Below are positions 17,584-26,541 of a stretch of DNA of 32,000 nucleotides, one piece after another. The notes under the pieces were generated by a model, which saw nothing but the letters and a program-made list of their open reading frames with translations, made no database searches and had not been told where the DNA came from. Each line of letters opens with the position of its first letter. Position 1 is the stretch's first letter. The stretch is from Promethearchaeum syntrophicum (GTDB taxonomy: Archaea > Asgardarchaeota > Lokiarchaeia > Sigyniarchaeales > Promethearchaeaceae). The stretch spans positions 450,001-482,000 of the forward strand of contig NZ_CP042905.2 in the NCBI RefSeq assembly GCF_008000775.2. The letters are read 5' to 3'. Position numbers and translations under genes: made by a program.

Positions 17584-20500
17584 TTTTCTCCCAATAAGTG
17601 TTCTCCTGTTAATTCTTCAACGCGTCGAATAATTTCACTAATATGTGGGAATGTTTTAATTCCTATATCCAGATTTTTAATAAGACTAATTGTTTCTTTA
17701 AACATTTTTTGACTCAGATACACAACCAGTAGGTTATTGTACATACGGGCATAATTTGCTTGATTTGAGTCGTATTTTAAAGCTTTTTCATAAGCTTCAA
17801 TTGCTTTTGGGTAATTTTCTTTAATAGCATATGAATTTGCTAATATGAACCAAGGAGAGAAAAAATGTGGGTATTGCTTTGTGATTTTTAAGGTTCGCTC
17901 CATGATTGTATCAATTTTTTTTGTAGGATCTGCAGAAATATTATAATATAACGATTCAATATCGGCTAATTCTTCTATAAATTCAAGGTAAATAGCTGTA
18001 ATTTTCATTAGTTCTGGATATTTTTCTTCAGAGCATATATTCTTCATCATCAAGAAATATTTCTTTTTATTTTCTCCCAACATTCTTTGATTTTCAAACA
18101 AGGTTTTACTTAAATGTTTTAATTCGATTAAAATATTTTCTAAATTCTGTTTATCCTCGGAATTCTGCTCTAAAATATTCTCAAAAAGTAGTTTTAGTGG
18201 TTTAAAAGTCGATTTATATGTCAAATAATTTGTAGGACTCATCTGAATTAACCATTTCTGAGTTTCCTGAAATACAGAGTAAGTCCCTTGCTTTAAATCT
18301 GCAAGATATTTGACTAAAAATGTTTTAGGTAAGAAAATATCCCTAATTTCTAAGAGTTTTGTTTTCACTTCAATAATTTTTTCGTAATTGGGAATAATTT
18401 TCTCAATAAATAATGATGTATTTTTCATCATTTCAATTCTTAAGTTAAATCTTTCCCCCTCTTGTATATTTAATTCGTATATTGCTATGAAATGTTGATA
18501 AATTTCTTCAAAAATTCTTTTATTGCAAAGAACTATGTCCTCACCTAAATTAGAAATTATATTTTTAAATTTATGAGAATAACCTTTCTGTACAATATTA
18601 ATTAAAGCTATTCGGAGAGTTTTATTATATATTTCTAGGATTTTTTTAATGTTTCTTTTTGATAAATTTAATTTTTTAATATCTTCTTGTAGGAAAGAAA
18701 AAACTTGTTGAAAGATTTGAAATTGTATATAATCTTCAAATATCTTGTTCAAGATTTTCTTCATTTCATTAAACAATTTCTCTCCATTCATTTCAAATAC
18801 GAAATGCGGTAATTCTAAATATTTCTTTTTCATTTCTTCAAGATTGAAATGCTCACATGACCAAATAAAATCTTTAATATGTAAGATATTGAGCATATTC
18901 TGCAAATTTTCTCTATATTCAACAAAATCAATCCAAGTATCAATAATATGTTTATGGGTCTCGAACTCATTTTCTGGCAAATTTCCTGAAAGATACCATT
19001 GATTTAATAAAATTTTGATTTTTTTTTTTATGGATAGTAATAAAATGGGTTGTAAAGATTCTTTATTTAACCAAGGTTTTATTTCATTCAATGTTTTTGT
19101 GGCATTTTTAAAGAAAGCAGGATATTCTTGGAATAATTTGACACTATTTGTAAAAATCTCAACGTAATTAACACAAAATTCTAAAGTCATTTCGGTATTC
19201 TTGTAATTTAGAGTTAAAAATCTAAAGATATGTTCCCCAACTTTGGGTAATCTCTTATAAAACATTACAAGAGAGCCGTTTTCTGCAAATTGATATAGAA
19301 TTTTATAAAAAATTCTCTCTGAAAGAATTTTCTTATCAATCATACTTAGAAAAGTAAGAAAATCAATAATTTTATTGTTCAGATACGCAATAAAATCCAG
19401 ATTGTTAGATAGAGCTTGAATTTTTTCTCTAAATTTCTTTATTAGATCCTTCATTTCGGATTTTTCGAATTTTTCTTTATGGGATTTTAGAATTACTATA
19501 AATTCTCGAAAGAAAGTTAAATATTTAGTATTTGGGAATGAAATATCTCTTGATCCTTCCCTTTTATGATAAATTTCGATTAGAATTTCAAGCATCAATG
19601 TGAAAATATTATAAGAACGAAAGTATGGATGCTCTTCAAGATATTTCGTGATATAACTCCAAATTTTAGCAAAATTTTGTAATCTCATTTGTTCGATTAT
19701 TTTATTAGTAATTGCGACTACTTGGGGTTTTTCTAGTACTTTAATTAGCTCATTAGATGGATTCCAGTATTTTATAATCAAATCTACACTGGATATTATC
19801 GTTTCACTATTTGAATAATACGAATCAAATAAATAAACCATTGTATGGATAAGTAAACTTTTCCTTTTTGAGAATAAATCTAATTTTGAAATTATTTTTA
19901 AAATTGAAGGGACATTTCCAACATTACCTAATTTAAATTGTTCTTTCAGAAAAATACAATAATTATCTTCTAATTTTTCAATAATTTGCGTTTTTAAGAC
20001 AGGATCCGTGTCAAGATTTAGGAGATCTCTCAAAATATTTATTCGTTGATTAACAGTATCAATTCCCTCAATTCTTTGTAGAGAAATTTTTACATATATT
20101 TTTAGATCTTTAGAATTTCTTATCTGGGTGAAATTTTTATTGTTAAGCATTAAAATACCTGATTCAATTCTAGATAGCACTTCGTTTACGAATTCTTCAC
20201 AATCTTCCTTTAATTTCAAATCATACTTCTTTTTCTTTCTTTTTCGTCTACTACTCTGAAAAAAATCTTGATCCAGAGAAAATAAAGTCCGCAAAATGGA
20301 ATCTTGTTCATTTTTATCTCTTCGGTTTTTGAAAATAACTAAATTCCCAAGCTCTAAATTTTCTTTTAATTGGATACCAATTTTAACTCCGAAATCCTCC
20401 ATTATCTCTACATTTGATTTTCGAGATTCAGTTCCAGATATTAATTGTGATTCATCTAAAAATTGAACCCATCTGATCAAATAGATCTCATTTTTAAAAA

Positions 20501-21110
20501 TTATAACTCCAATTTGATTCATAGAAAAAAGCTTCTGTAATGAAAGGTTTAATCCTTCTATGAATTGAACAATTTTTTCATACTTCTGATAAGTTACAAA
20601 TTCCTGTTGAAAATTTGTCTCGGTCATTATTCCTTGTATTTTATCTATCGAAGAAAGACCTTTTGAACAATAAACTTTACCTTCAGCTAAGATCTTATTT
20701 GGATCTTTCAGAAATTCTTCGAGATCTTTAAGATTTTCTAGTTTTTCACTTTCATCCTTATTATTTCCTTGGAAAACAATAATATCATTATCCAAAATAA
20801 TATTTACGAACGGAGCCTTAAGATCAAATTTCTGAATAAAATTCCATTGTGTGGATATTTCTTCTTTATTCTTTTCAAGTTCCTCTAAAATTAAATTATA
20901 CAATTCATTATTAATAGCAGTAAAACTTTCTTTTTTTAGAAATTTAATCAGATTTTGGATTTCCTTCTTTTGAATTAACCCCAAAATAATTTTTTGTTTC
21001 TCTGATAAGATATGATCATAATTTTCTATAATATTTTCTACCCAATCAAGTAGTTCTACAAATCTTTTTGATGTAAGAAAATTATATAAATCATATATCA
21101 TGAAAATCAC
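17580..21110 (-). CDS. giant (1176 aa) helical-repeat protein with C-terminal TPR repeats
   Basis: Uninterrupted 3.5-kb ORF. The C-terminus PWFILANSYAIKENYPKAIEAYEKALKYDSNQANYARMYNNL fits the TPR consensus. The body is Leu/Ile/Lys/Glu-rich and helical. An N-terminal mixed region of about 270 aa has beta-like segments, followed by a basic RRKRKKKK patch. Confidence 0.7.
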   Translation of the reverse strand: MIFMIYDLYNFLTSKRFVELLDWVENIIENYDHILSEKQKIILGLIQKKEIQNLIKFLKKESFTAINNELYNLILEELEKNKEEISTQWNFIQKFDLKAPFVNIILDNDIIVFQGNNKDESEKLENLKDLEEFLKDPNKILAEGKVYCSKGLSSIDKIQGIMTETNFQQEFVTYQKYEKIVQFIEGLNLSLQKLFSMNQIGVIIFKNEIYLIRWVQFLDESQLISGTESRKSNVEIMEDFGVKIGIQLKENLELGNLVIFKNRRDKNEQDSILRTLFSLDQDFFQSSRRKRKKKKYDLKLKEDCEEFVNEVLSRIESGILMLNNKNFTQIRNSKDLKIYVKISLQRIEGIDTVNQRINILRDLLNLDTDPVLKTQIIEKLEDNYCIFLKEQFKLGNVGNVPSILKIISKLDLFSKRKSLLIHTMVYLFDSYYSNSETIISSVDLIIKYWNPSNELIKVLEKPQVVAITNKIIEQMRLQNFAKIWSYITKYLEEHPYFRSYNIFTLMLEILIEIYHKREGSRDISFPNTKYLTFFREFIVILKSHKEKFEKSEMKDLIKKFREKIQALSNNLDFIAYLNNKIIDFLTFLSMIDKKILSERIFYKILYQFAENGSLVMFYKRLPKVGEHIFRFLTLNYKNTEMTLEFCVNYVEIFTNSVKLFQEYPAFFKNATKTLNEIKPWLNKESLQPILLLSIKKKIKILLNQWYLSGNLPENEFETHKHIIDTWIDFVEYRENLQNMLNILHIKDFIWSCEHFNLEEMKKKYLELPHFVFEMNGEKLFNEMKKILNKIFEDYIQFQIFQQVFSFLQEDIKKLNLSKRNIKKILEIYNKTLRIALINIVQKGYSHKFKNIISNLGEDIVLCNKRIFEEIYQHFIAIYELNIQEGERFNLRIEMMKNTSLFIEKIIPNYEKIIEVKTKLLEIRDIFLPKTFLVKYLADLKQGTYSVFQETQKWLIQMSPTNYLTYKSTFKPLKLLFENILEQNSEDKQNLENILIELKHLSKTLFENQRMLGENKKKYFLMMKNICSEEKYPELMKITAIYLEFIEELADIESLYYNISADPTKKIDTIMERTLKITKQYPHFFSPWFILANSYAIKENYPKAIEAYEKALKYDSNQANYARMYNNLLVVYLSQKMFKETISLIKNLDIGIKTFPHISEIIRRVEELTGEHLLGEN

Positions 21111-21151
21111 AAAATTTGTAATCTTTATAATTAAATCGAGTCGAAAATATA

Positions 21152-21724
21152 TTAACTCTTAGTTTTTTCATGTTTGATGAATTGAGAGATCTTAGGAAGA
21201 ATCTTATTCTTTACATCATCAATAGATTCAAGGATTATTTTTGTTTTTCCTACAATATCAATAAAGCCCAATTCAGAATTGTATCTCGGAACTACATGAA
21301 CATGAATATGTTTTATACTTGCTCCTGAATATTTTCCTTGATTATATCCAACATTAAATCCCGTAGGATGAAATAATTCTTGTAGCATATTTTGGCACAT
21401 TATTACAACTTCAAATAATCGATTTCGCTCATCATCAGTTAAATCTTGGAAATCTTCAACATGACGCATTGGAATTACCATTAAATGTCCAGGATTGTAA
21501 GGATATAGATTTAAACAAATAAAAAGCAAATCTTCTGTATAAATTTTTAAGGATGTTACGGTTGGGTTATCGTCCCTTACCGCACACATTATACAGTCAA
21601 CATCTGGTCTTTTTCCCCTTGCATAATTTAGTTTTCCTATAGCAATTAAATGATCTTTGAATATATTTTCATCTTCTGCCAAAATAATCACCCCAACTAA
21701 ATTAGGTAAACATTGAGTTTCCAT
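21152..21724 (-). CDS. HIT-family nucleotide hydrolase/transferase
   Basis: Histidine triad KHIHVHVVPR, a CIMC motif near the N-terminus and YPYNPGHLMVIP. Confidence 0.85.
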   Translation of the reverse strand: METQCLPNLVGVIILAEDENIFKDHLIAIGKLNYARGKRPDVDCIMCAVRDDNPTVTSLKIYTEDLLFICLNLYPYNPGHLMVIPMRHVEDFQDLTDDERNRLFEVVIMCQNMLQELFHPTGFNVGYNQGKYSGASIKHIHVHVVPRYNSELGFIDIVGKTKIILESIDDVKNKILPKISQFIKHEKTKS

Positions 21725-22247
21725 TAGAAAAATTCATATTGTCAATATCTTTTAGAGATTTTCCAGGAATAGCCCCCATAATGAAATCCATTAAAGTCAT
21801 GTTCATAAATACACTGGTATTAAATACAGCTCTAACTGTTGTGTAGAAAAATTGTTCTGTAAGGCCATCAGGATAAATTGATTCAATTACACTGTATCTA
21901 TATTTCTTCACATCGATATTATAAAGCATATTTTTGGTTAACATGTATTTTTGAAAAATCATAAAGAATTTTTTTATACCTAGCGAATCTTTCTTATTGA
22001 TAGCGTCAACATGTTCCTTCCTAATTTGAATATTTGATTGGATTATTATTGCCTTCCTATCTTTCGGTTTCAAAATCATAAGTTTCATTGGTTTTGGGTT
22101 ATTAGGTGGAAAATTAATATTATAGCTAAATTCTAATTTTGGATTATCTGGGTACTTTTTCCCTAAAATGCCCTCATCAATTGCATACTCACGAATTTTT
22201 TCTTCAAGTTCTGAAAGTTCAGTCATATATATTTTTAATTTATTCAT
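21702..22247 (-). CDS. hypothetical protein
   Basis: 181-aa ORF that overlaps the HIT gene start by 23 nt on the same strand, suggesting an operon. No motif recognised. Confidence 0.5.
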   Translation of the reverse strand: MNKLKIYMTELSELEEKIREYAIDEGILGKKYPDNPKLEFSYNINFPPNNPKPMKLMILKPKDRKAIIIQSNIQIRKEHVDAINKKDSLGIKKFFMIFQKYMLTKNMLYNIDVKKYRYSVIESIYPDGLTEQFFYTTVRAVFNTSVFMNMTLMDFIMGAIPGKSLKDIDNMNFSNGNSMFT

Positions 22248-22328
22248 TGAAAATTAAGACAGCTATTTTTTATAGTAAAAAAAATAAAAATCTACCATTA
22301 TCTCACAAATTCTTGAAAATGAAAAAAA

Positions 22329-23171
22329 ATGAGCGTAAATGATAATAAACCAGAATCTGAAAATATTTCTTCAGAACCAGTCTTATATAAAGTAAAATTA
22401 GGAATTGCCTATATTACTCTAAATACAAAAATGAACACAATAAATATGGATACTGCACGAAAATTAGTTCAATTATTAAACGAATCAGATAAAAATCCGA
22501 AGGTAAAAGTAGTTGTATTAAAATCAATTGGAGATAGAATATTTTCTGCAGGTTTTGATTTAAAAATGTTCGAACAAGGGTTTAGTGATAAGGTAGCTGA
22601 TGATTTATTATTATATGGTCGAGATATTTCACGAGCAATATATTTTTTAAATAAACCTGTAATATCCCAAATTCAAGGAAGTGCAATCGGTATGGGGTGT
22701 ATAATGGCACTTTCTTCTGATTTTCGTTTTGTGGCAAAAAAAGAAGAATTATTTTTCCGATTACCAGAGATAGATATCAATATTTTTCCCGCTACAGGAC
22801 CTACCTCAATGGCTGTTAATATTTTAGGTGTATCTCATGCAAAAGATATGTTATATACTGGAAGAAAAGTGTTTTTAGATGAGTTTGATCATTGGGGTGC
22901 AATAACAAAAATCTGTGAACCTGAAGATTTAGCTAGTGAAGTAAAGAAATTTGCGCGAGAATTGTGTCAAAAAAATAAAATTTTAATGAAAATGATTAAA
23001 CCTGCAATTAATATGATGACTTTTGAAAAAGCCATAGACTGGTTTGATTTAGAGAATGAATTTGCACGATACTATTTTGCTGGGGTTATAGATAAAGATA
23101 AATTTAATTTAGATGAATTTATTCGTAAAATGTGGGAAAAATATGGAAAAGGTTCCCCCAAATTCGATTAA
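22329..23171 (+). CDS. enoyl-CoA hydratase/isomerase (crotonase) family protein
   Basis: VVVLKSIGDRIFSAGFDLK and PVISQIQGSAIGMGCIMALSSDFRF are crotonase oxyanion-hole segments. Confidence 0.8.
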   Translation: MSVNDNKPESENISSEPVLYKVKLGIAYITLNTKMNTINMDTARKLVQLLNESDKNPKVKVVVLKSIGDRIFSAGFDLKMFEQGFSDKVADDLLLYGRDISRAIYFLNKPVISQIQGSAIGMGCIMALSSDFRFVAKKEELFFRLPEIDINIFPATGPTSMAVNILGVSHAKDMLYTGRKVFLDEFDHWGAITKICEPEDLASEVKKFARELCQKNKILMKMIKPAINMMTFEKAIDWFDLENEFARYYFAGVIDKDKFNLDEFIRKMWEKYGKGSPKFD

Positions 23172-23763
23172 ACTAATTCTAGCTTCAAAAAGTCGAGATC
23201 GAAAAAAGCTTTTTGACCGTGCTCAAATTCCTGTCGACATTATCCCTAGTGATTTTGATGAAAAATCAATTCATGAATGGGATCCAAAAGAGCTTGTAAA
23301 GAAAATTGCCATTGCTAAAGCTAAAAAAGTAATGTTAAAATGGAATGGCAATTTGGAAAATAGAAATAAGCCCGCAATTATTATCGCAGCAGATACAATG
23401 GTTTTATTAGATGGAAATTTAATTGGCAAGGCACAAAATAAAGAACAAGCGTTTAAAATATTAACCCAATTATCTGGAAAAAAACATGAACTCCTAACTG
23501 GAGTGGCTATTATTCACTCAGTTAGCCAAAAAATAAGTGTTTTTTTAGATATTTCAATTGTTCAATTTCAAATTTTAACTCCATCTGAAATTCAACAATA
23601 TTTAGACGCCACTGATGAATATATCGGGCGCGCTGGGGCGTATTCTCTTTACGATCGTGCCAGTTTATTTATCGATTTTGTTGAAGGGAGTCCAACAAAT
23701 GTTTTGGGTTTACCTATGGCCAAATTACGAAAGGAATTACAATTTTTTGGGGTGTATATTTAA
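23143..23763 (+). CDS. maf: Maf-like nucleoside triphosphate pyrophosphatase
   Basis: IKLILASKSRDRKKLFDRAQIPVDIIPSDFDE, AADTMVLLDGNLIGKA and GRAGAYSL match Maf/YhdE family blocks. The track ORF starts at 23113; I prefer the ATG at 23143 (MEKVPP...), which leaves a 29-nt overlap with the crotonase gene. Confidence 0.8.
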   Translation: MEKVPPNSIKLILASKSRDRKKLFDRAQIPVDIIPSDFDEKSIHEWDPKELVKKIAIAKAKKVMLKWNGNLENRNKPAIIIAADTMVLLDGNLIGKAQNKEQAFKILTQLSGKKHELLTGVAIIHSVSQKISVFLDISIVQFQILTPSEIQQYLDATDEYIGRAGAYSLYDRASLFIDFVEGSPTNVLGLPMAKLRKELQFFGVYI

Positions 23764-23824
23764 TTTTAAAATTTTAAAACATTTCAAAGATATTAAGATA
23801 TATTTATAAAAAAAGTGAACTCAA

Positions 23825-24190
23825 ATGACTAAAAAAACTAAAAATTATGGTGTTGCTCGAACTCTCGCAGTATTAGGAGGAATAATTGCAATTGCAGGAT
23901 TTATTTGGGGTTTAATAACCGTCGTTACTAATGGAGGAAATTTTGAATCTATATTTCTCAATATTGCCATTCAAATCATCGGAATTATAGTTTCCATCTT
24001 TGTTTTAATTTCAACCGGCTTTATTAGAAAAGATAAAAAAAGTCATATTCCATTTAACTGGTGGATGTTATTAATATTTGTTTTAATTCAAGCTTGGATG
24101 ACTTATTATACAACATTTATGGGTTTAGCTACTTTGGGGATAATATTAGAGAGTGTTGCGGTTATATTATTATTAATAGATGTGTTATGA
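23825..24190 (+). CDS. small integral membrane protein (about 4 TM)
   Basis: 121 aa, with four hydrophobic stretches separated by short polar loops. No motif recognised. Confidence 0.55.
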   Translation: MTKKTKNYGVARTLAVLGGIIAIAGFIWGLITVVTNGGNFESIFLNIAIQIIGIIVSIFVLISTGFIRKDKKSHIPFNWWMLLIFVLIQAWMTYYTTFMGLATLGIILESVAVILLLIDVL

Positions 24191-24327
24191 AATTTAATCA
24201 ATGAGATTCCATGGATGAAATATAAATTGGAATTACTGGAGTGCATTTGCATGGTAATGATCATTTAATAGCACTTCACACTAGGCCGTAAATGCTTGTT
24301 ATCAATCCTCTAAAGTGTCAAAAATAA

Positions 24328-25023
24328 TCAAAATCCCTGGGCTTTCAATTGCCCTTCTATAAATCTTTTTACTTTTTCTTTCCCTTCAAAAATTCCATAA
24401 TGCCCTTCACATAAGATATCTGCCTCTAAACTTATCAATCGCTTCATTGATTTTACCCAATCATTAATATTTGAATTAAATTCTTCCAGAAATGGTCCAT
24501 GCACATCTTGACCGAACAAAACCTTTATTCCCTCCTCGTTCTCATATAAAACTGCTATAGAACCTGGTGTATGACCAGGTGTATGATAGCAAATCAGTTT
24601 AGTTCCTTCTAAATTCAGAATTTCTGGATCCTTTTTTATCACAAAATCAATTTTGGGTGGTATCAATTCCTGCCCATACCAATCTGCTGCCGTTAATCTT
24701 TGAGTATTAGGTTGACCTGTGATTGCAGCTAGATCCCAGCTATGCGCATATGTTTTGATTCTCGGAAATAGTTGTTGGAATTGATGGGCCGCTCCAATAT
24801 GGTCAAAATGACAATGGGTTAAAATTAAATCCGAAATTTCCCGACCTCTTAAGTCAGTTTTCGTTAAGTTATCAAGAATTTGTTGTGCATATTGAGTCCC
24901 CGCATCTATAAGGCATAACTTATTCTTTCCGATTCCTAATGCATAGATCATGCAATCTCCAGATCCGGAAAGTGAGTCTGATCCCACAAGGTATAACCCA
25001 TTGAGAATTTTTTTTGGATTCAT
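24328..25023 (-). CDS. MBL-fold metallo-hydrolase (glyoxalase-II-like)
   Basis: THCHFDHIGA (HxHxDH), HTPGHTPGS and FGQDVHG. Confidence 0.85.
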   Translation of the reverse strand: MNPKKILNGLYLVGSDSLSGSGDCMIYALGIGKNKLCLIDAGTQYAQQILDNLTKTDLRGREISDLILTHCHFDHIGAAHQFQQLFPRIKTYAHSWDLAAITGQPNTQRLTAADWYGQELIPPKIDFVIKKDPEILNLEGTKLICYHTPGHTPGSIAVLYENEEGIKVLFGQDVHGPFLEEFNSNINDWVKSMKRLISLEADILCEGHYGIFEGKEKVKRFIEGQLKAQGF

Positions 25024-25169
25024 TATTCTATAATTTCTCTTCTCAAAATTAAATCTTTGGGCATTATAGATATAAAACTTAGATGTTTCTGCTCAGTGGA
25101 GCCATTTGTATTGATAAAATTTATTTTTTATGAATAATTCATTTTCTGGATACTTCCTATTTCAACTAT

Positions 25170-25243
25170 GGGGTATTAGTCTAGATTGGTGTGATACTGC
25201 GTTCGGAACGCAGAGGTCGGGCGTTCAAATCGCTCATACCCCA
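25170..25243 (+). tRNA. tRNA-Pro (anticodon CGG)
   Basis: Hand-folded cloverleaf. Acceptor GGGGTAT/ATACCCC; anticodon stem CTGCG/CGCAG with loop TTCGGAA (anticodon CGG); variable loop AGGTC; T-arm GGGCG-TTCAAAT-CGCTC; discriminator A. No CCA is encoded. The D-stem has 3 good pairs plus a 13:22 mismatch. Confidence 0.8.
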
Positions 25244-25277
25244 TATATTTTATATTTATATCATTTTGGTTAATAAA

Positions 25278-25793
25278 ATGGATCGGATTGCAATTATTGG
25301 CTCAGCGGGTTCTGGAAAATCGACTCTTGCTCTTCAAATTGCAAAATTAATAGATCTTCCATTATATCATTTAGATCGACTTTTTTGGAAACCTGGATGG
25401 GTAGAAACTCCAAAACCTGAGTTTTCCTTGATAGTGGAAGAAGTCGCTAAAAAAAAACAGTGGATTATTGACGGAAACTATAGTAGAACCATCGATATCC
25501 GATTAGAAGCTGCAGATTTGATTATTTTCCTAGATTATTCTAAACATTTATGTGTATTTAGAGCATTAAAACGTTCTATGCTCCATCGAAATAAAAATAG
25601 ACCAGATATTACTGAAGGCTGCAAAGAAAAATTTGATATGGAATTTTATAAATGGATATGGGATTTTCCAAACCGAAATAGAGATAAAATTGTCTTAGCC
25701 CTTTCAAAATTAAAAGAAAAGAAGAAAATATTTGTATTCAAACATCCAAAAGAACTGAAAAAATGGATTGAAAAATTTCCAGGTAATATTTAA
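25278..25793 (+). CDS. P-loop NTPase, adenylate-kinase-like (topology-modulation FlaR-type)
   Basis: MDRIAIIGSAGSGKSTLA (Walker A) followed by HLDRLFWKPGW and IIDGNY. The track ORF start at 25191 (GTG) lies inside the tRNA, so I moved the start to the ATG at 25278. Confidence 0.75.
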   Translation: MDRIAIIGSAGSGKSTLALQIAKLIDLPLYHLDRLFWKPGWVETPKPEFSLIVEEVAKKKQWIIDGNYSRTIDIRLEAADLIIFLDYSKHLCVFRALKRSMLHRNKNRPDITEGCKEKFDMEFYKWIWDFPNRNRDKIVLALSKLKEKKKIFVFKHPKELKKWIEKFPGNI

Positions 25794-26341
25794 TTTAATT
25801 CTTTTTGTAATGCTAACCAGTGGAATGCTGCTATTATGTAAGTGTTGGTTATTTCTCCATTACGGATGTAATTCCGCACTTGTTCTTGAGAGGCAAATTC
25901 AAATTCAATTATTTCATCCGGATCGAGGTTTTGCTCACCCAACGATGAGATTTTTTCTGCTAAAAAAGTGTAACATCGATTATTCTGAATTGCAGGATTC
26001 GCATCAACTACACCAATTTCAGAAAGATTTTCGAGATCTACATGATAACCTGTTTCTTCCCGTAATTCTCGCTGGGCTCCTTTCTTGGGATCTTCTCCTT
26101 TATCTAGACACCCTCCAGGAATTTCCAGTTCAATTTTATCGGTTCCAAATCGAAATTGGCGAACTAATAATATCTCATTTTTCTCATTAATAGCAACGAT
26201 ATTTGCCCAATCAGGAGCGTCGAGAACAAAACTATCGAATTTCTCTTTGGTAATCGGATTTCGGTATTTTTTCTTAAGAAGATTAAATGGTAATGATTTA
26301 AAAATAGTTTTCAATTTCAATAATTTCCAATTTTCTAACAT
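25790..26341 (-). CDS. Nudix hydrolase (ADP-ribose pyrophosphatase-like)
   Basis: Nudix box GGCLDKGEDPKKGAQRELREETGY matches GX5EX7REUXEEXGU. Confidence 0.85.
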   Translation of the reverse strand: MLENWKLLKLKTIFKSLPFNLLKKKYRNPITKEKFDSFVLDAPDWANIVAINEKNEILLVRQFRFGTDKIELEIPGGCLDKGEDPKKGAQRELREETGYHVDLENLSEIGVVDANPAIQNNRCYTFLAEKISSLGEQNLDPDEIIEFEFASQEQVRNYIRNGEITNTYIIAAFHWLALQKELN

Positions 26342-26541
26342 AATTAAGTAAAATTACAATTATCGTGCTATTAATTTTTCCTAAATACTTATAAAATATT
26401 TTGATGGTATTAATTCTTTAAATCCTAATCGTATAACCATTTTCCAATTCTTATTTTTTGTCATGAAATCGACCCCGATGGGGGACCATTTTCTAGGGAA
26501 CTAAAATGGATTGGTTTAAAATCTGTAATAATTTCCGAGAA

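Noticed and set aside
25191-25277. The first 29 codons of track ORF 25191-25793.
   Set aside because: This segment overlaps the tRNA-Pro gene and its 3' flank. The conserved Walker-A N-terminus starts at the ATG at 25278.
26466-26492. A GC-rich mini-hairpin, ACCCC-GAT-GGGG(G), in the spacer between the dipeptidase and Nudix genes.
   Set aside because: The stem is only 4-5 bp, and there is no adjacent T-tract in the transcribed (minus) orientation that I could align convincingly. This is too weak to call a terminator or an RNA gene.
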